The translations under genes and the position numbers were made by a program. The notes under the pieces are model-generated. The model did not search any database. It worked only from the letters and a program-made list of their open reading frames with translations, and was not told where the DNA came from. This document shows, piece after piece, positions 1-9,709 of a stretch of DNA of 64,000 nt (position 1 is the stretch's first letter; the number at the start of each line of letters is the position of its first letter). The stretch covers positions 1 through 64,000 of the forward strand of contig JBDRPD010000083.1 in NCBI GenBank assembly GCA_043827405.1, in the 5' to 3' direction. The DNA comes from Elusimicrobiota bacterium. GTDB lineage: Bacteria > Elusimicrobiota > Elusimicrobia > UBA1565.

Positions 1-995
1 TGGTCGCCGCAGGCGAACAGGAGCGCGCGTTCAATGCCCTTTTCCTCATATGGATATACGACGGTCCGTGCGCGCGTGTGCCGGAGCATCCGTGCAAAAG
101 CGATATATACACTCATCTCCTCAATAGGCGCGCGGTGGATAATCATGTCCCGAAAAAACCTCAAGGAGAAGGCCCGGCTCTTGAAGCGTCCGATTTCCAG
201 CGGCGGCAGATCCCGCTTTAGGGGCGCTAGATCGTGCAGGACCCGGAAGGATCGCGCGCGAATATCCACGATATCTGCTAATGAAAGGAAGTCGAAATAG
301 AAGGCGTGGCGCCGCCCGCGCCGCGCAAGCGCGGCGGCGGCGCGCTTGCCGTCACGCAGGTGGTCAAGGTGATAACTCCAAAAGGCGCGGTCCTTGCTGA
401 GGCCCGGCAGCTCATCGAGGGCCTTTCCGAAATAGTGATCGTCCTGCTGCTCGAAGATTTCGCCCCGCAGAACGTAGGAAAACGCGATCACATCGGCGTC
501 GGCGGCGTCCGGCTCCGGCCGCAGATAGCGGGACAGCACGCGCACGGCAAGCGATGCGGTCAGGCGCAGCGGCGATACCGCGCGCACCGGCTGCGGAGAA
601 TACGCCAAGCGCCGCGGACAGCGTCCCGTACGGAGCTCTGTCAGGTACTCCGCCACCTCCGGGGGGCAGCCGACGGCGTACAGCGGCTGTCCGGGGTTTT
701 TCTCATATTCCTCAGCGAGCGCCAGGGCGAAGAACAGGGGCTTGAGGTCAAAGGGATACCATGCGGTCAGGCGCGAGCCGTCCGTCAGCCACCAATAACG
801 GGTGAGCGATGCGGCGCGTCGCGAGAGCTCCGCATGCCAGGCTTCCAGGCTTTGCCGCCATTCCTGCCGGCGCTGGGTCATGGCCGCTCGGATATCGAGG
901 CGACGCCAGCCGTCCCGACCCAGGTCGCGGTGCTCGAAGTGAGCGTAACGGCCGCGCGAGGTTCCGGGCGGCAGCTCGGAGCATATGATGTTCAC
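1..995 (-). CDS. Partial CDS running off the window start; surface-carbohydrate biosynthesis protein, glycosyltransferase-like (resembles LIC13510/TIGR04326-type proteins)
   Basis: Missing from the ORF track, consistent with having no stop inside the window. GTG at 995 overlaps the upstream stop (GTGA). Hand translation: MNIICSELPPGTSRGRYAHF...RTVVYPYEEKGIERALLFACGD, with no in-frame stop in the stretches I checked. The family call is from recalled motif similarity. Confidence 0.7.
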   Translation of the reverse strand, partial: MNIICSELPPGTSRGRYAHFEHRDLGRDGWRRLDIRAAMTQRRQEWRQSLEAWHAELSRRAASLTRYWWLTDGSRLTAWYPFDLKPLFFALALAEEYEKNPGQPLYAVGCPPEVAEYLTELRTGRCPRRLAYSPQPVRAVSPLRLTASLAVRVLSRYLRPEPDAADADVIAFSYVLRGEIFEQQDDHYFGKALDELPGLSKDRAFWSYHLDHLRDGKRAAAALARRGRRHAFYFDFLSLADIVDIRARSFRVLHDLAPLKRDLPPLEIGRFKSRAFSLRFFRDMIIHRAPIEEMSVYIAFARMLRHTRARTVVYPYEEKGIERALLFACGD

Positions 996-2764
996 GTAAG
1001 TCCCCGTCCGCGCAGGAAGTATTCCACATTGGCCAGCTTCCAGAACGCGTCGCGGCCGAGCGGCTGGGCGCCGGCTCCTTTCATGATCCCGAGGATCCGG
1101 TGGGCGAGGTAATCCGCGGGGGCCCCCAGGTAGTCGGCGGATTCGTTGGGGAATCCCGCGAATCCTTGCTTGGTCATCAGCAGGTCGCGCCCGAAATGCC
1201 GGACGAACAGTTTTTTGAGCAGAACCTTGGTGCGCAGCAGCTCGTCGCCGCCGGCATGGTCAATCTTGGCGCGAAAAGGCAGGTTGAGCGCAAAATCCAG
1301 CACCGGCCGGCGGATATACACGGAGCGCGCTTCGACGCTCCACATCATGGACATGAGGTCCGCTCCGCGCAGGCCCACCGCCGGGACTTGATACGCAGCA
1401 TCGCAGTACATCATCGCGAGGGCGGCGCGCGCGCCGGGATCGGCGACGTGCCCGTAGGCGCCCAGCGATTCCTTCCAGGCCGCGGCGAGCTCATCGCGAA
1501 AGCGCGCGGGCTCGTCGCCGGCGAACTCGAGCTCCGGGGACACATACGAGGTGTAGGGGGAGGGGCAGTAGGCCGCGTCGGGGCGGTGCTCTCCCGCATA
1601 GACGGAATAGCCGCCGAATACCTCGTCGGCCGTATCGCCGCCGAAGAGGACGCGGCATCCTTTGGCCGCGACGCGCGCGGACTGCATCGCCTGCGCTACG
1701 AACGAATGGGATGGGAGGGGGCTGCCGCAGGCTTTCTGACAGCGGGGGATTTCCGCGCTGTAGGGAACTTTGTCGACCTCGAGAGTGTCGATCGGCGCGC
1801 CCAGAGCCCGCGCGAAGCCGGACAGGTCGGAGCTGATGCGGTCTTTCCCGACATGGTTGACGGCGATGAGGAGATCGGGAGCTCCGCCGTGCACGACATA
1901 ATGCGCGATCAGCGAGGAGTCGACGCCGCCGCTGACGACGGCGGCGAATTTCCGTCCAGCGGGGAGCATCTCCTTGACGCAGCCGGCGAGAAGGGCGTCG
2001 AGCTCGTCGGCCAGGTCGTCGAGCGAGCGGGCGGCATTGGCCTGCATGCGAGCGGGATCGATCCAATCGCGCAGCGAACGCCGGCGCAGCGTCTTCCAGC
2101 GGAGGCTCCGCAGGTCAAATTCAGCCACGGTGCCGGGTGGGAGCTGGCGAATATCGCGGAAGGCGGTGCGGTCGAACAGCAGCAGGTGGCGCGTCCGGAA
2201 GTAGTCCCGCAAGGCCTGCTCATCGATGGCCGCGCGGGGCACCAGCGTTAAAATCGCCTGAATTTCCGACGACACGATGAGGACCTCTTCGTCCTCGAAA
2301 ATGTACAGGGACTTCTCTCCCTGAACGTCGCGGCAGTAGGTCAGCGTTTCCGATTTTTCGTCGAGCAGCGCGTAGGCGTACATCCCGTCGAGATGTTCCG
2401 GGACCTCGGCACGCGGAAACTTGTCGTGCAGATTGGCCAAGACTTCGGAATCGGTGGTTTCCGGAGCGGTCAGCTTCGGCAGGTCCGCCAGCTTGTTCTT
2501 CGCCAGCTGCTGGAAATTGTACACCTCGCCGTTATAGGCAATCGTATAGCGGCCGGACTGAGAGCATAGGTGATTGGTGTCGGGCGCCGAGAGATCGCCG
2601 GTCAAGGAAAGGATGGTCTGACCAAGGAATACCCGGTCGTTGAACTTGGCCAGCGAGATCGCCTCATCCGGTCCGCGCCATGTCATTTCGCTGAGCGCGC
2701 GCCGGCACGCCGCGAGGTTCAGGGCGCGTCCTTTTTTGTCGACGATGGTTAGGATGCCGCACAT
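992..2764 (-). CDS. asnB: Asparagine synthase (glutamine-hydrolysing)-like amidotransferase, probably acting on sugars
   Basis: N-terminal MCGI (Ntn nucleophile Cys), NGEVYN, SGGVDSS PP-loop, C-terminal KQGF; glycan-locus context. Confidence 0.9.
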   Translation of the reverse strand: MCGILTIVDKKGRALNLAACRRALSEMTWRGPDEAISLAKFNDRVFLGQTILSLTGDLSAPDTNHLCSQSGRYTIAYNGEVYNFQQLAKNKLADLPKLTAPETTDSEVLANLHDKFPRAEVPEHLDGMYAYALLDEKSETLTYCRDVQGEKSLYIFEDEEVLIVSSEIQAILTLVPRAAIDEQALRDYFRTRHLLLFDRTAFRDIRQLPPGTVAEFDLRSLRWKTLRRRSLRDWIDPARMQANAARSLDDLADELDALLAGCVKEMLPAGRKFAAVVSGGVDSSLIAHYVVHGGAPDLLIAVNHVGKDRISSDLSGFARALGAPIDTLEVDKVPYSAEIPRCQKACGSPLPSHSFVAQAMQSARVAAKGCRVLFGGDTADEVFGGYSVYAGEHRPDAAYCPSPYTSYVSPELEFAGDEPARFRDELAAAWKESLGAYGHVADPGARAALAMMYCDAAYQVPAVGLRGADLMSMMWSVEARSVYIRRPVLDFALNLPFRAKIDHAGGDELLRTKVLLKKLFVRHFGRDLLMTKQGFAGFPNESADYLGAPADYLAHRILGIMKGAGAQPLGRDAFWKLANVEYFLRGRGLT

Positions 2765-2767
2765 GGT

Positions 2768-3718
2768 TCAGCTTTCGGCTGGCGGGGCGGTCGCGCGCTG
2801 GCGCAGCAGCCGGTCGATCCCCTCCTGAATGGATGTCTTGGCGGTGAAGCCGAGTATCTCATGCGCCAGGGCCGCGCTCGCGACGCTGTACATGGGATCG
2901 CCGAACTCGCGCGGCTCTTCAACGAGCTCGATCTTGGCGGGGTCCTTGCCGATGGCCGCGGCGATCATCGCGATGATCGCGCGCACGGTGACGGCCCGTC
3001 CGGTTCCCACGTTGATGATGCGGCCCCGCGCCTGCGGAGAGAATACTGCACGCACGACCGCGTCGGCCGTATCGTCCGCGTAGATCATGTCGCGCTCACG
3101 CTCGAGCTCGCCGCGGACTACGACGCGGTCGCCCGCCTGCAGCTGGGTCAGCATGACATTGAGGATGCCCTGAAACGTGCTCGGCCGGTGGCCGGCGCCG
3201 TAGGTTGCGAAGACCCGGAGCACGGTCCAGGAAAGTCCGCAGCCTTTGCCTAAAGTCGCCAGGAAGTTTTCGCAGGCAACTTTGCTGATGGCATATATCT
3301 TGCCGGGCCGGATCGGGGCGTCTTCCGAGATCGGTCCGCGCGGCTGCTCACCGTAGACGCCCGAGGTGCTGAGGAAGATGACGGGCTTCTTGGCCCGGGC
3401 GCACCAGTCGAATATTCGCATGCTGCCCAGGGCGTTGACCCGCACGTCAAGCACCGGCTCTTTGAGAGATTTGCCGCCCGGATGCGCCGCGCAATGGACG
3501 ACGACGTCCGGCGCATGCTGGTCAAGCGCCGCCGCCGCCTGCGGCTCGGAAATATCCGTCTGGACCCAGGTGATCCCGGAGTTTTTCTCCCGCCATGCGC
3601 CGATTGTGAAGTCGTCGAGGGCGATGACTCGGACCCCGCGTTCGAGCAGGAGCCGGACGATGGCTGAGCCGATAAGCCCCGCAGCTCCGGTGACGGCGAC
3701 GGTCTTGATATGGTTCAT
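2768..3718 (-). CDS. NAD-dependent epimerase/dehydratase (extended SDR)
   Basis: TGAAGLIG Rossmann motif, STSGVYG, YAISK catalytic YxxxK. Confidence 0.9.
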   Translation of the reverse strand: MNHIKTVAVTGAAGLIGSAIVRLLLERGVRVIALDDFTIGAWREKNSGITWVQTDISEPQAAAALDQHAPDVVVHCAAHPGGKSLKEPVLDVRVNALGSMRIFDWCARAKKPVIFLSTSGVYGEQPRGPISEDAPIRPGKIYAISKVACENFLATLGKGCGLSWTVLRVFATYGAGHRPSTFQGILNVMLTQLQAGDRVVVRGELERERDMIYADDTADAVVRAVFSPQARGRIINVGTGRAVTVRAIIAMIAAAIGKDPAKIELVEEPREFGDPMYSVASAALAHEILGFTAKTSIQEGIDRLLRQRATAPPAES

Positions 3719-3719
3719 A

Positions 3720-4853
3720 TTAGTTTCGCGCGGAGTATATTCCGCGGCGCAGGAATGGAAACAGGTTGAAGAGCCGGTCCTTCCACTGCAGCGTCATGGA
3801 GTAGCGGACATTGGTGGTATAGCCGCAGGAGCAGCCGGGGCAGAGCTTGTAGAACATGGCATGGTGGGCCTTGCGGAACTTCTTGGACTCCAGGATTTCC
3901 CGCAGCGGCGTCTGCCGTACGTTGCCGTACGTCCCCATGGACCAGCAGCCGCCGTAGACCTCGCCCCGGCCGTTGACCATAATGCGGAGCTGCGATACCG
4001 TGCAGGGGATTTCCCGCTGCAGAGGGTTATCGAAGTATGAGGTCATATAATCGATATCCGCATAGGTATTGATGGTGCTGTAGTGATTTTCTCGCTTCAT
4101 GTCCACGAGCTGGCGCTGGAGCTCGCGCAGCTGCGGGCGAGCCTCCTCGGTGATCCAGTTGGAGTCCTCATCGCGGCGCTGGTTTTCGTCGATCTTGAAA
4201 AAGAAGGGCGTGCAATCCACCAAAGAGAACATTAGGGGCAGTCCCAGTTCCCGGCAAAACGCGCGGATCGCCGGCAGATGACCCAGTGTTTTCTTCATTA
4301 CGACAAAGCCGATATTCGCGTCGATGCGTCCTTTTCGGTAGGCCGCAGCGACGCGGCGCGCGGCGCCCTCCGGGCGGGCCCACTCACGCCGCCGGATTTT
4401 CTCGTAATCCTTGCCGACACCGTCGATCGAGACCGTGATATGCTTAAGCCCCGCGCCGATGAGCGCCTCAAGCTTCGCCTCGTCGAGCAGAAAGCCGCTG
4501 GTGATGATGGCGGCATCCATGCCCTGTTCGGAGATGAAGGCGACCAGCTCAACGATGTCTTTTCGCAGCAGCGGTTCACCGCCGTTTAGGCCTATTTTGC
4601 TGATCCCGCAGTTTTTTAGTTGCCGGATTAGGTCTTTCCATTCGTCCAGAGTCAGCTCATTCGTCTTTGTTTCGCGCCATTGGCTGCACATGACGCAGCG
4701 CATATTGCAGTTGTCCGTGGGATTGAGCCAGGCCGATTCCGAAATGAGGCATATTTTTCCAAAAAGGGATGGAAAGCGCCGCAGCAGCTCCCCTTTAATA
4801 AGGATAGGAAGATGTACGGCGAGAATATTTTTTAGACGAATAATAGTGCGCAT
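3720..4853 (-). CDS. Radical SAM protein with SPASM/twitch domain
   Basis: CNMRCVMC, GGEPLLR, C-terminal C...GC...CPGCSC. Start moved to ATG 4853 because the longer ORF overlaps the promoter. Confidence 0.88.
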   Translation of the reverse strand: MRTIIRLKNILAVHLPILIKGELLRRFPSLFGKICLISESAWLNPTDNCNMRCVMCSQWRETKTNELTLDEWKDLIRQLKNCGISKIGLNGGEPLLRKDIVELVAFISEQGMDAAIITSGFLLDEAKLEALIGAGLKHITVSIDGVGKDYEKIRRREWARPEGAARRVAAAYRKGRIDANIGFVVMKKTLGHLPAIRAFCRELGLPLMFSLVDCTPFFFKIDENQRRDEDSNWITEEARPQLRELQRQLVDMKRENHYSTINTYADIDYMTSYFDNPLQREIPCTVSQLRIMVNGRGEVYGGCWSMGTYGNVRQTPLREILESKKFRKAHHAMFYKLCPGCSCGYTTNVRYSMTLQWKDRLFNLFPFLRRGIYSARN

Positions 4854-4864
4854 GGTGGTTTGTC

Positions 4865-4879
4865 GTTCAAACAATGAAC
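4865..4879. promoter_or_regulatory. Palindromic operator, copy 1 (GTTCA-AACAA-TGAAC)
   Basis: Inverted repeat directly downstream of the leftward -10 element; the same motif recurs at 4966, 13969 and 56728. Confidence 0.75.
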
Positions 4880-4908
4880 ATTTTAACAATCAAGCTTTAA
4901 TAAGTCAA
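4880..4908 (-). promoter_or_regulatory. Sigma70-type promoter for the leftward operon
   Basis: Minus strand reads TTGACT-17 bp-TAAAAT with an extended TG. Confidence 0.7.
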
Positions 4909-4925
4909 GTTTATGTATAAAAATA

Positions 4926-4955
4926 TTGACAATATGAAAAAATGTCTGCTACAAT
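4926..4955 (+). promoter_or_regulatory. Sigma70-type promoter for the regulator-pseB-pseC operon
   Basis: TTGACA-18 bp-TACAAT with an extended TG. Confidence 0.7.
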
Positions 4956-4965
4956 TTATTAGCCT

Positions 4966-4980
4966 GTTCAATTATTGAAC
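4966..4980. promoter_or_regulatory. Palindromic operator, copy 2 (GTTCAAT-T-ATTGAAC)
   Basis: Perfect 7-1-7 inverted repeat just downstream of the rightward -10 element. Confidence 0.75.
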
Positions 4981-5011
4981 GAATATACGGAATCAGCATG
5001 ATGCCAATAAT

Positions 5012-5599
5012 ATGATGCCCGATCAGGGAGTTCCCAGCCCTGAAGATAATGGACAGATGGGGGAACGCGAATTTTCTCTTATCCAGGAGATATCGCGTGA
5101 ACCCTCCCGCACCCAGCGGGAATTGTCGCAAAGTACGGGGTTGTCCTTGGGCATGACGAATATTCTGCTCAAGCGCCTGGTCCATAAGGGCTACATCAAG
5201 GTTAAGCATCTCGATTGGAAGCGGACGCAGTATCTGCTCACCATGAAGGGCGTGATGGAAAAGACGCGCAAGTCTTTTTCCTACGCGCTGCATACCATCC
5301 GTCAGTTCCGGATTATCAGCAAGCGCATCCACGATTTGGTGCAGCGGGAATATGAACGGGGGGAACGCGCGGCGATCGTGGTCGCGTGGCCGGAGACGGC
5401 CGACGCCGTCCGCGAGGCGCTGGCGGATATGGAGGCGACCGATTTTAAGATGTACTACGTCGAGACCTTTAAGGAACTGGGCGAGCGGCCGGGGCTCATA
5501 TTTACCGCGACGGTGGAGGATATCCCGCCGCCCAAAGCCGGGCAAAGATTTGTGCCGCTGCTGGATAACGACGCGCTGAAGTTCAAGTTCGACTCATAA
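5012..5599 (+). CDS. Winged-helix (MarR-like, EPS-associated type) transcriptional regulator
   Basis: TQRELSQSTGLSLGMTNILLKRLVHKGYIKV...YLLTMKG wHTH; first gene of a glycan operon. Confidence 0.88.
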   Translation: MMPDQGVPSPEDNGQMGEREFSLIQEISREPSRTQRELSQSTGLSLGMTNILLKRLVHKGYIKVKHLDWKRTQYLLTMKGVMEKTRKSFSYALHTIRQFRIISKRIHDLVQREYERGERAAIVVAWPETADAVREALADMEATDFKMYYVETFKELGERPGLIFTATVEDIPPPKAGQRFVPLLDNDALKFKFDS

Positions 5600-5624
5600 G
5601 GACGGAAAGGAGGCGGAGCGAGCC

Positions 5625-6608
5625 ATGGCTAAGAGCATATTTGACGGTAAGGAGATTTTAGTAACGGGCGGTACCGGTTCGTTCGGGAAGCGTTTTATCC
5701 GCCGTGTTCTCAAAGATCACAAGCCGAAGAGGGTTACGGTGTTCAGCCGCGATGAGCTCAAGCAATCGGAGATGGCGGAGCAGTTCCGCGGCAAGAGGGT
5801 CCGCTTTTTGCTCGGCGATATCCGGGAGCTTCCCCGCCTGCAGCGCGCCTTCCACGGCATCGACATCATTATTCACGCCGCGGCGCTCAAGCAGGTCCCG
5901 ACTTTGGAATACAACCCTTTCGAAGCCGTCAAGACCAATATCATCGGAGCGGAGCATGTCATCACCGCCGCGATTGATCAGGGCGTTAAGCTCGTGGTCG
6001 CGCTTTCCACCGACAAGGCCGTGAACCCCGTAAACCTATACGGGGCAACCAAGCTCTGCATGGAGAAGCTGTTTATCGCCGGCAATGCCTACGCCGCCGG
6101 TAAAGGCACACGGTTCTCGGCCGTGCGCTACGGCAATGTTCTCGGAAGCCGGGGCAGCGTCTACCATGTGTTCAAGAATCACCGCAAGAGCGGACGACTG
6201 CCGGTGACCGACAAGCGCATGGCCCGTTTTTGGATTACGCTCGACCAAGGCATCGACTGCGTCTACTTCGCGGCGGAGCATATGACCGGCGGCGAGGTCT
6301 TCGTGCCGAAGATCCCCAGCATGAAGGTCACTGATTTCGCCAAAGTCGTCGCACCGGGGTGCAAGCTGGAGTATATGGGGATTCGTCCAGGCGAGAAGCT
6401 TAATGAGGTGCTGCTGACTGAGATCGAGTCGACGCGCACCGTCGATACCGGCCAGAACTATGTCATCCTGCCGCAGGCGCCCGGGGGCGAAGTCCTTAAA
6501 TGGAGGGGCGGCGGGCGCATGGTTCCCGAGGGTTTTCGCTACGCGAGCGATTCCAACGATGACTGGCTGACGGCCGATAAAATGAAGGGGCTGCTGCAGA
6601 AAATCTGA
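5625..6608 (+). CDS. pseB: UDP-N-acetylglucosamine 4,6-dehydratase (inverting)
   Basis: TGGTGSFG, SRDELKQ, HAAALKQVP, LSTDKAVNPVNLYGATK, RYGNVLGSRGSV, GIRPGEKL. Confidence 0.92.
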   Translation: MAKSIFDGKEILVTGGTGSFGKRFIRRVLKDHKPKRVTVFSRDELKQSEMAEQFRGKRVRFLLGDIRELPRLQRAFHGIDIIIHAAALKQVPTLEYNPFEAVKTNIIGAEHVITAAIDQGVKLVVALSTDKAVNPVNLYGATKLCMEKLFIAGNAYAAGKGTRFSAVRYGNVLGSRGSVYHVFKNHRKSGRLPVTDKRMARFWITLDQGIDCVYFAAEHMTGGEVFVPKIPSMKVTDFAKVVAPGCKLEYMGIRPGEKLNEVLLTEIESTRTVDTGQNYVILPQAPGGEVLKWRGGGRMVPEGFRYASDSNDDWLTADKMKGLLQKI

Positions 6609-7726
6609 TGATCCCGTACGGCAGGCAGACGATTGAAGAGGACGATATCCGGGCCGTCACCGAGGTGCTGCGGTCTGACTGGCTGACGCAGGGCCCCCGG
6701 GTGACGGAGTTCGAACAGGCGCTGGCCGAATACTGCGGGGCCAAGCATGCGGTAGCGATGGTCAACGGGACGGCCGCCTTGCAGGCGGCCTATTTCGCGG
6801 CGGGATTTGAAGAAGGCGATGAGTTCGTCACCACGCCGCTTACCTTCGCCGCGACCGCCAGCATGGGGCTGTGGTTCGGCGCCCGCCCGGTGTTCGCGGA
6901 CATCGATCCTGATACGGGGAATCTGGATCCCAAGCAGGTCGAACGCCTTATTACGGAAAAAACGAAGGCGATTGTTCCGGTGGACTATTCGGGACTTCCC
7001 GTCGACCTGGACGCTTTCCGGCAGTTGGCGCAGAGGCATCGCCTGTTCCTGATCGAAGACGGCTGCCATGCGCTGGGTGCTTCGTACCAAGGGCGCAAGA
7101 TCGGCTCGATTTCGGATATGACGGTGTTTAGTTTCCATCCGGTGAAGTCCATCACGACTGGGGAGGGCGGTGCGGTTCTGACCAACGACGACGAGCTGGC
7201 GGCCAAGCTTTCGCGGTTTCGCATGCACGGCATAACGCATCGCAGTCCGGATTGGCGCTACGATATCTGCTGCCTCGCTCTCAACTACCGGATTACGGAC
7301 ATCCAATGCGCACTCGGCATCTCGCAGCTGCGCAAGCTCGACGGCTTCATCCGCCGCCGGGAGGAGATTGCGGCCGCCTATCTGGAGGATCTGGTCGGCG
7401 TCGAAGAGCTGCGCCTACCGCCGGCCGCCGCCGCCGGGGCGTGCGCCTGGCACTTGTTTCCCGTCCGGCTAAAGTCTGATCGGGAGGCTGTTTTCCATGA
7501 TCTGCGAGGGCGCGGTATCGGCGTGCAGGTGCACTACATTCCGGTCTATCAACACTCGCTGTACCGCAAGCTGGGCTACGCGTCCGGCGCTTGTCCGCTG
7601 GCCGAGCGGTTTTACGAAGAAGAGCTCAGCCTGCCGATCTTCCCCACACTCGCGGAGCGCGAACGCCGCCGTGTGGTGCAGGAACTATTGGAAGCCTTGG
7701 CGTCCGGGGCCGGGAAGGCGCGGTGA
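6608..7726 (+). CDS. pseC: UDP-4-amino-4,6-dideoxy-N-acetyl-beta-L-altrosamine transaminase
   Basis: MIPYGRQ...LTQGP, FSFHPVKSITTGEGG, GVQVHYIP; directly follows pseB. Confidence 0.88.
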   Translation: MIPYGRQTIEEDDIRAVTEVLRSDWLTQGPRVTEFEQALAEYCGAKHAVAMVNGTAALQAAYFAAGFEEGDEFVTTPLTFAATASMGLWFGARPVFADIDPDTGNLDPKQVERLITEKTKAIVPVDYSGLPVDLDAFRQLAQRHRLFLIEDGCHALGASYQGRKIGSISDMTVFSFHPVKSITTGEGGAVLTNDDELAAKLSRFRMHGITHRSPDWRYDICCLALNYRITDIQCALGISQLRKLDGFIRRREEIAAAYLEDLVGVEELRLPPAAAAGACAWHLFPVRLKSDREAVFHDLRGRGIGVQVHYIPVYQHSLYRKLGYASGACPLAERFYEEELSLPIFPTLAERERRRVVQELLEALASGAGKAR

Positions 7727-8667
7727 TGGAGCGCGGCGAGCGGTCGGTAGAAGGACTCGGACTTTCCCGTCTCGGCGTAGGGACAGTGCAGTTCGGCGTC
7801 GACTACGGCTTCACCAAGGCACTGGCGCAGGGACAGGTCGATGAGATCCTGGACGGCTGCGGCGAACTCGGCGTACGCTTCATCGATACGGCGCGCAGCT
7901 ACGGCGACAGTGAAAAAAAGATCGGCAGCTTTCTGCGCCGGCATCCCGGGGGGGATTTTACGCTATGCTCCAAGCTGCGGAAAATTACAGTGGAGGAGAG
8001 CGATAGCGGCGGCCGGCTGCGCCACGCCATCGAGGATTCTGTTTGCGCTTCGCTGGAGGCGCTCGGCATCGACCGGCTTCCCATAGTGATGCTGCACCAG
8101 ACCGACGGATATCTGCTTGCGAGCGAACGTTTTTGGGAGGCCATGGAGACGGTGCGGGATAAGGGTCTGTTCGGCTCGTTCGGGCTGTCCGTGTACGAAG
8201 TGGCGGAGCTCGAGGCCGCGTGCGCCGCCGGCCGTCCCGCCGCTTTTTTCCAGGTCCCCTTCAATGTGTTCGACCGACGTTTCGCCGCCGCCGCTGAGGA
8301 GGCGCGTCGTCAAGGCCGCGGTGTCATCGCACGTTCGGTATTTCTCAAGGGGCTGTTGACCGCCGCGGACGATAAGGTGGCGGACTACTTCGCGCAGCTG
8401 CGGCCCGCGCTCAGGCGGTTTCATGTCGCCGCGGAGCGGGCCGGTCTGACGCCCGCCGAGTTGGCTCTGCTGTTTGTTCTAGGGAGCGGCTGCGTTGACA
8501 CCGTCGTTTTGGGGGTGGCTTCCGCTGATGAACTGAGAAGGAACGCGGCGGCGCTTGCCAGGTCGCGGGACGCTGCCGCCGCGATCGCGGCGCTCGCGCA
8601 GGCGGTGCCGCCGGAACGCGGGTTGGTGGACCCACGTGTCTGGCCAGAAAACGTGTTCAGCGCGTGA
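7726..8667 (+). CDS. Aldo/keto reductase
   Basis: LGVGTVQFGVDYG, IDTARSYGDSE, FGLSVY, ARSVFLKGLL; ATG at 7726 overlaps the pseC stop. Confidence 0.88.
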   Translation: MERGERSVEGLGLSRLGVGTVQFGVDYGFTKALAQGQVDEILDGCGELGVRFIDTARSYGDSEKKIGSFLRRHPGGDFTLCSKLRKITVEESDSGGRLRHAIEDSVCASLEALGIDRLPIVMLHQTDGYLLASERFWEAMETVRDKGLFGSFGLSVYEVAELEAACAAGRPAAFFQVPFNVFDRRFAAAAEEARRQGRGVIARSVFLKGLLTAADDKVADYFAQLRPALRRFHVAAERAGLTPAELALLFVLGSGCVDTVVLGVASADELRRNAAALARSRDAAAAIAALAQAVPPERGLVDPRVWPENVFSA

Positions 8668-8689
8668 ATCCGCGGATGAGGCTAGGAAG

Positions 8690-9709
8690 ATGACGAAACC
8701 GCAAAGTCCGGACAGCCCGTCCGGCTATGCCTGTGAGCCGTCGGTTCCGTGGACATCTTACATCGGAAGCCTTCCTTCCTGGCGCGATCTCGACGGCGAG
8801 GTTGAGCGCCTGCTGGGCTGCCGGGCGGTCGCCGTGCCGTCGGTGCGAGTCGGGATGCTGTGGGCTCTCGAGCATCTGGGCCTATCGCGCCATGAAGACG
8901 AAGTGCTGATCCCCCGTTTTATGGGCCGTTGCATCCTTGATGCGCTCAACCGTGCCGCCCGGCCGGTACACGAACTGGGCCCTCGCACTCGCGCGGCGGT
9001 CGTTGTTCACTCATATGGTTCAGCGCCCGATTGGGAGCGTCTGGCGCCGGCGCTTAAGGCCAAGGGTATTCCTTTTATGGAAGACGCGCCGTGTGCGCTG
9101 CTGCGCCGCGAAAAGCCGGCGCCGGGGTCGCTGGGCAAGTTTATCGCACTGTCGAAGATGCTGCCGATTCTAAAGGGCGGCTGCCTGCTGACGGAGGACG
9201 CGTCGCTGCGGAGCGCTGTTTTGGAACGCCGGGAGCAGCGCGGTCCGTTCTGGGTTCCCTGGTGTATTCTTGGCGGTACGGCGCCGCTCCGGAGCGGCCG
9301 TTTCATGGAAGGCGTCGTGAGTGCCGAAGTGGCCTACGCGCTCTATCCGCACTCGCCGGCCGACAATGTCGCCTTGCGCTCCTGCTTTGTTCGCGGCCTG
9401 CGCCAGCTTGAAGAATACTCTTTGCTGGAAACGCGGCGCATGCGCGAACTGGCGCAAGCCGCTGGTTCGCGGTTGTTGCGGCCGGAAGATCCTCTCGTCG
9501 TGCACGCCGCGGCGGTCCTCGCTGAGCGGACCGATATGGGTGAACAACTGGCGGCGTGCGGCTTTTATCCCGAGTTGCGTCACGTGGACACGGCGCGCAA
9601 TCTGCTGGCTCCCAAATTCGAGCGGGCGCATCTGCTGCCGCTGCACCCCGGCGTACCCGAGCAGGCGTTTGCACGGCTGCTCGAAATCATCAGGAAGGCG
9701 CGAAAATGA
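8690..9709 (+). CDS. Divergent DegT-like putative PLP-dependent protein
   Basis: DEVLIPRFMG, VVHSYG, MEDAP, ALSKML (candidate PLP Lys), LLPLHP. Confidence 0.65.
   Translation: MTKPQSPDSPSGYACEPSVPWTSYIGSLPSWRDLDGEVERLLGCRAVAVPSVRVGMLWALEHLGLSRHEDEVLIPRFMGRCILDALNRAARPVHELGPRTRAAVVVHSYGSAPDWERLAPALKAKGIPFMEDAPCALLRREKPAPGSLGKFIALSKMLPILKGGCLLTEDASLRSAVLERREQRGPFWVPWCILGGTAPLRSGRFMEGVVSAEVAYALYPHSPADNVALRSCFVRGLRQLEEYSLLETRRMRELAQAAGSRLLRPEDPLVVHAAAVLAERTDMGEQLAACGFYPELRHVDTARNLLAPKFERAHLLPLHPGVPEQAFARLLEIIRKARK

Noticed and set aside
4854..4889. Longer TTG starts for the ORFs 3720-4889 and 13947-15038
   Set aside because: The extensions overlap promoter and operator elements and add no homologous-looking residues
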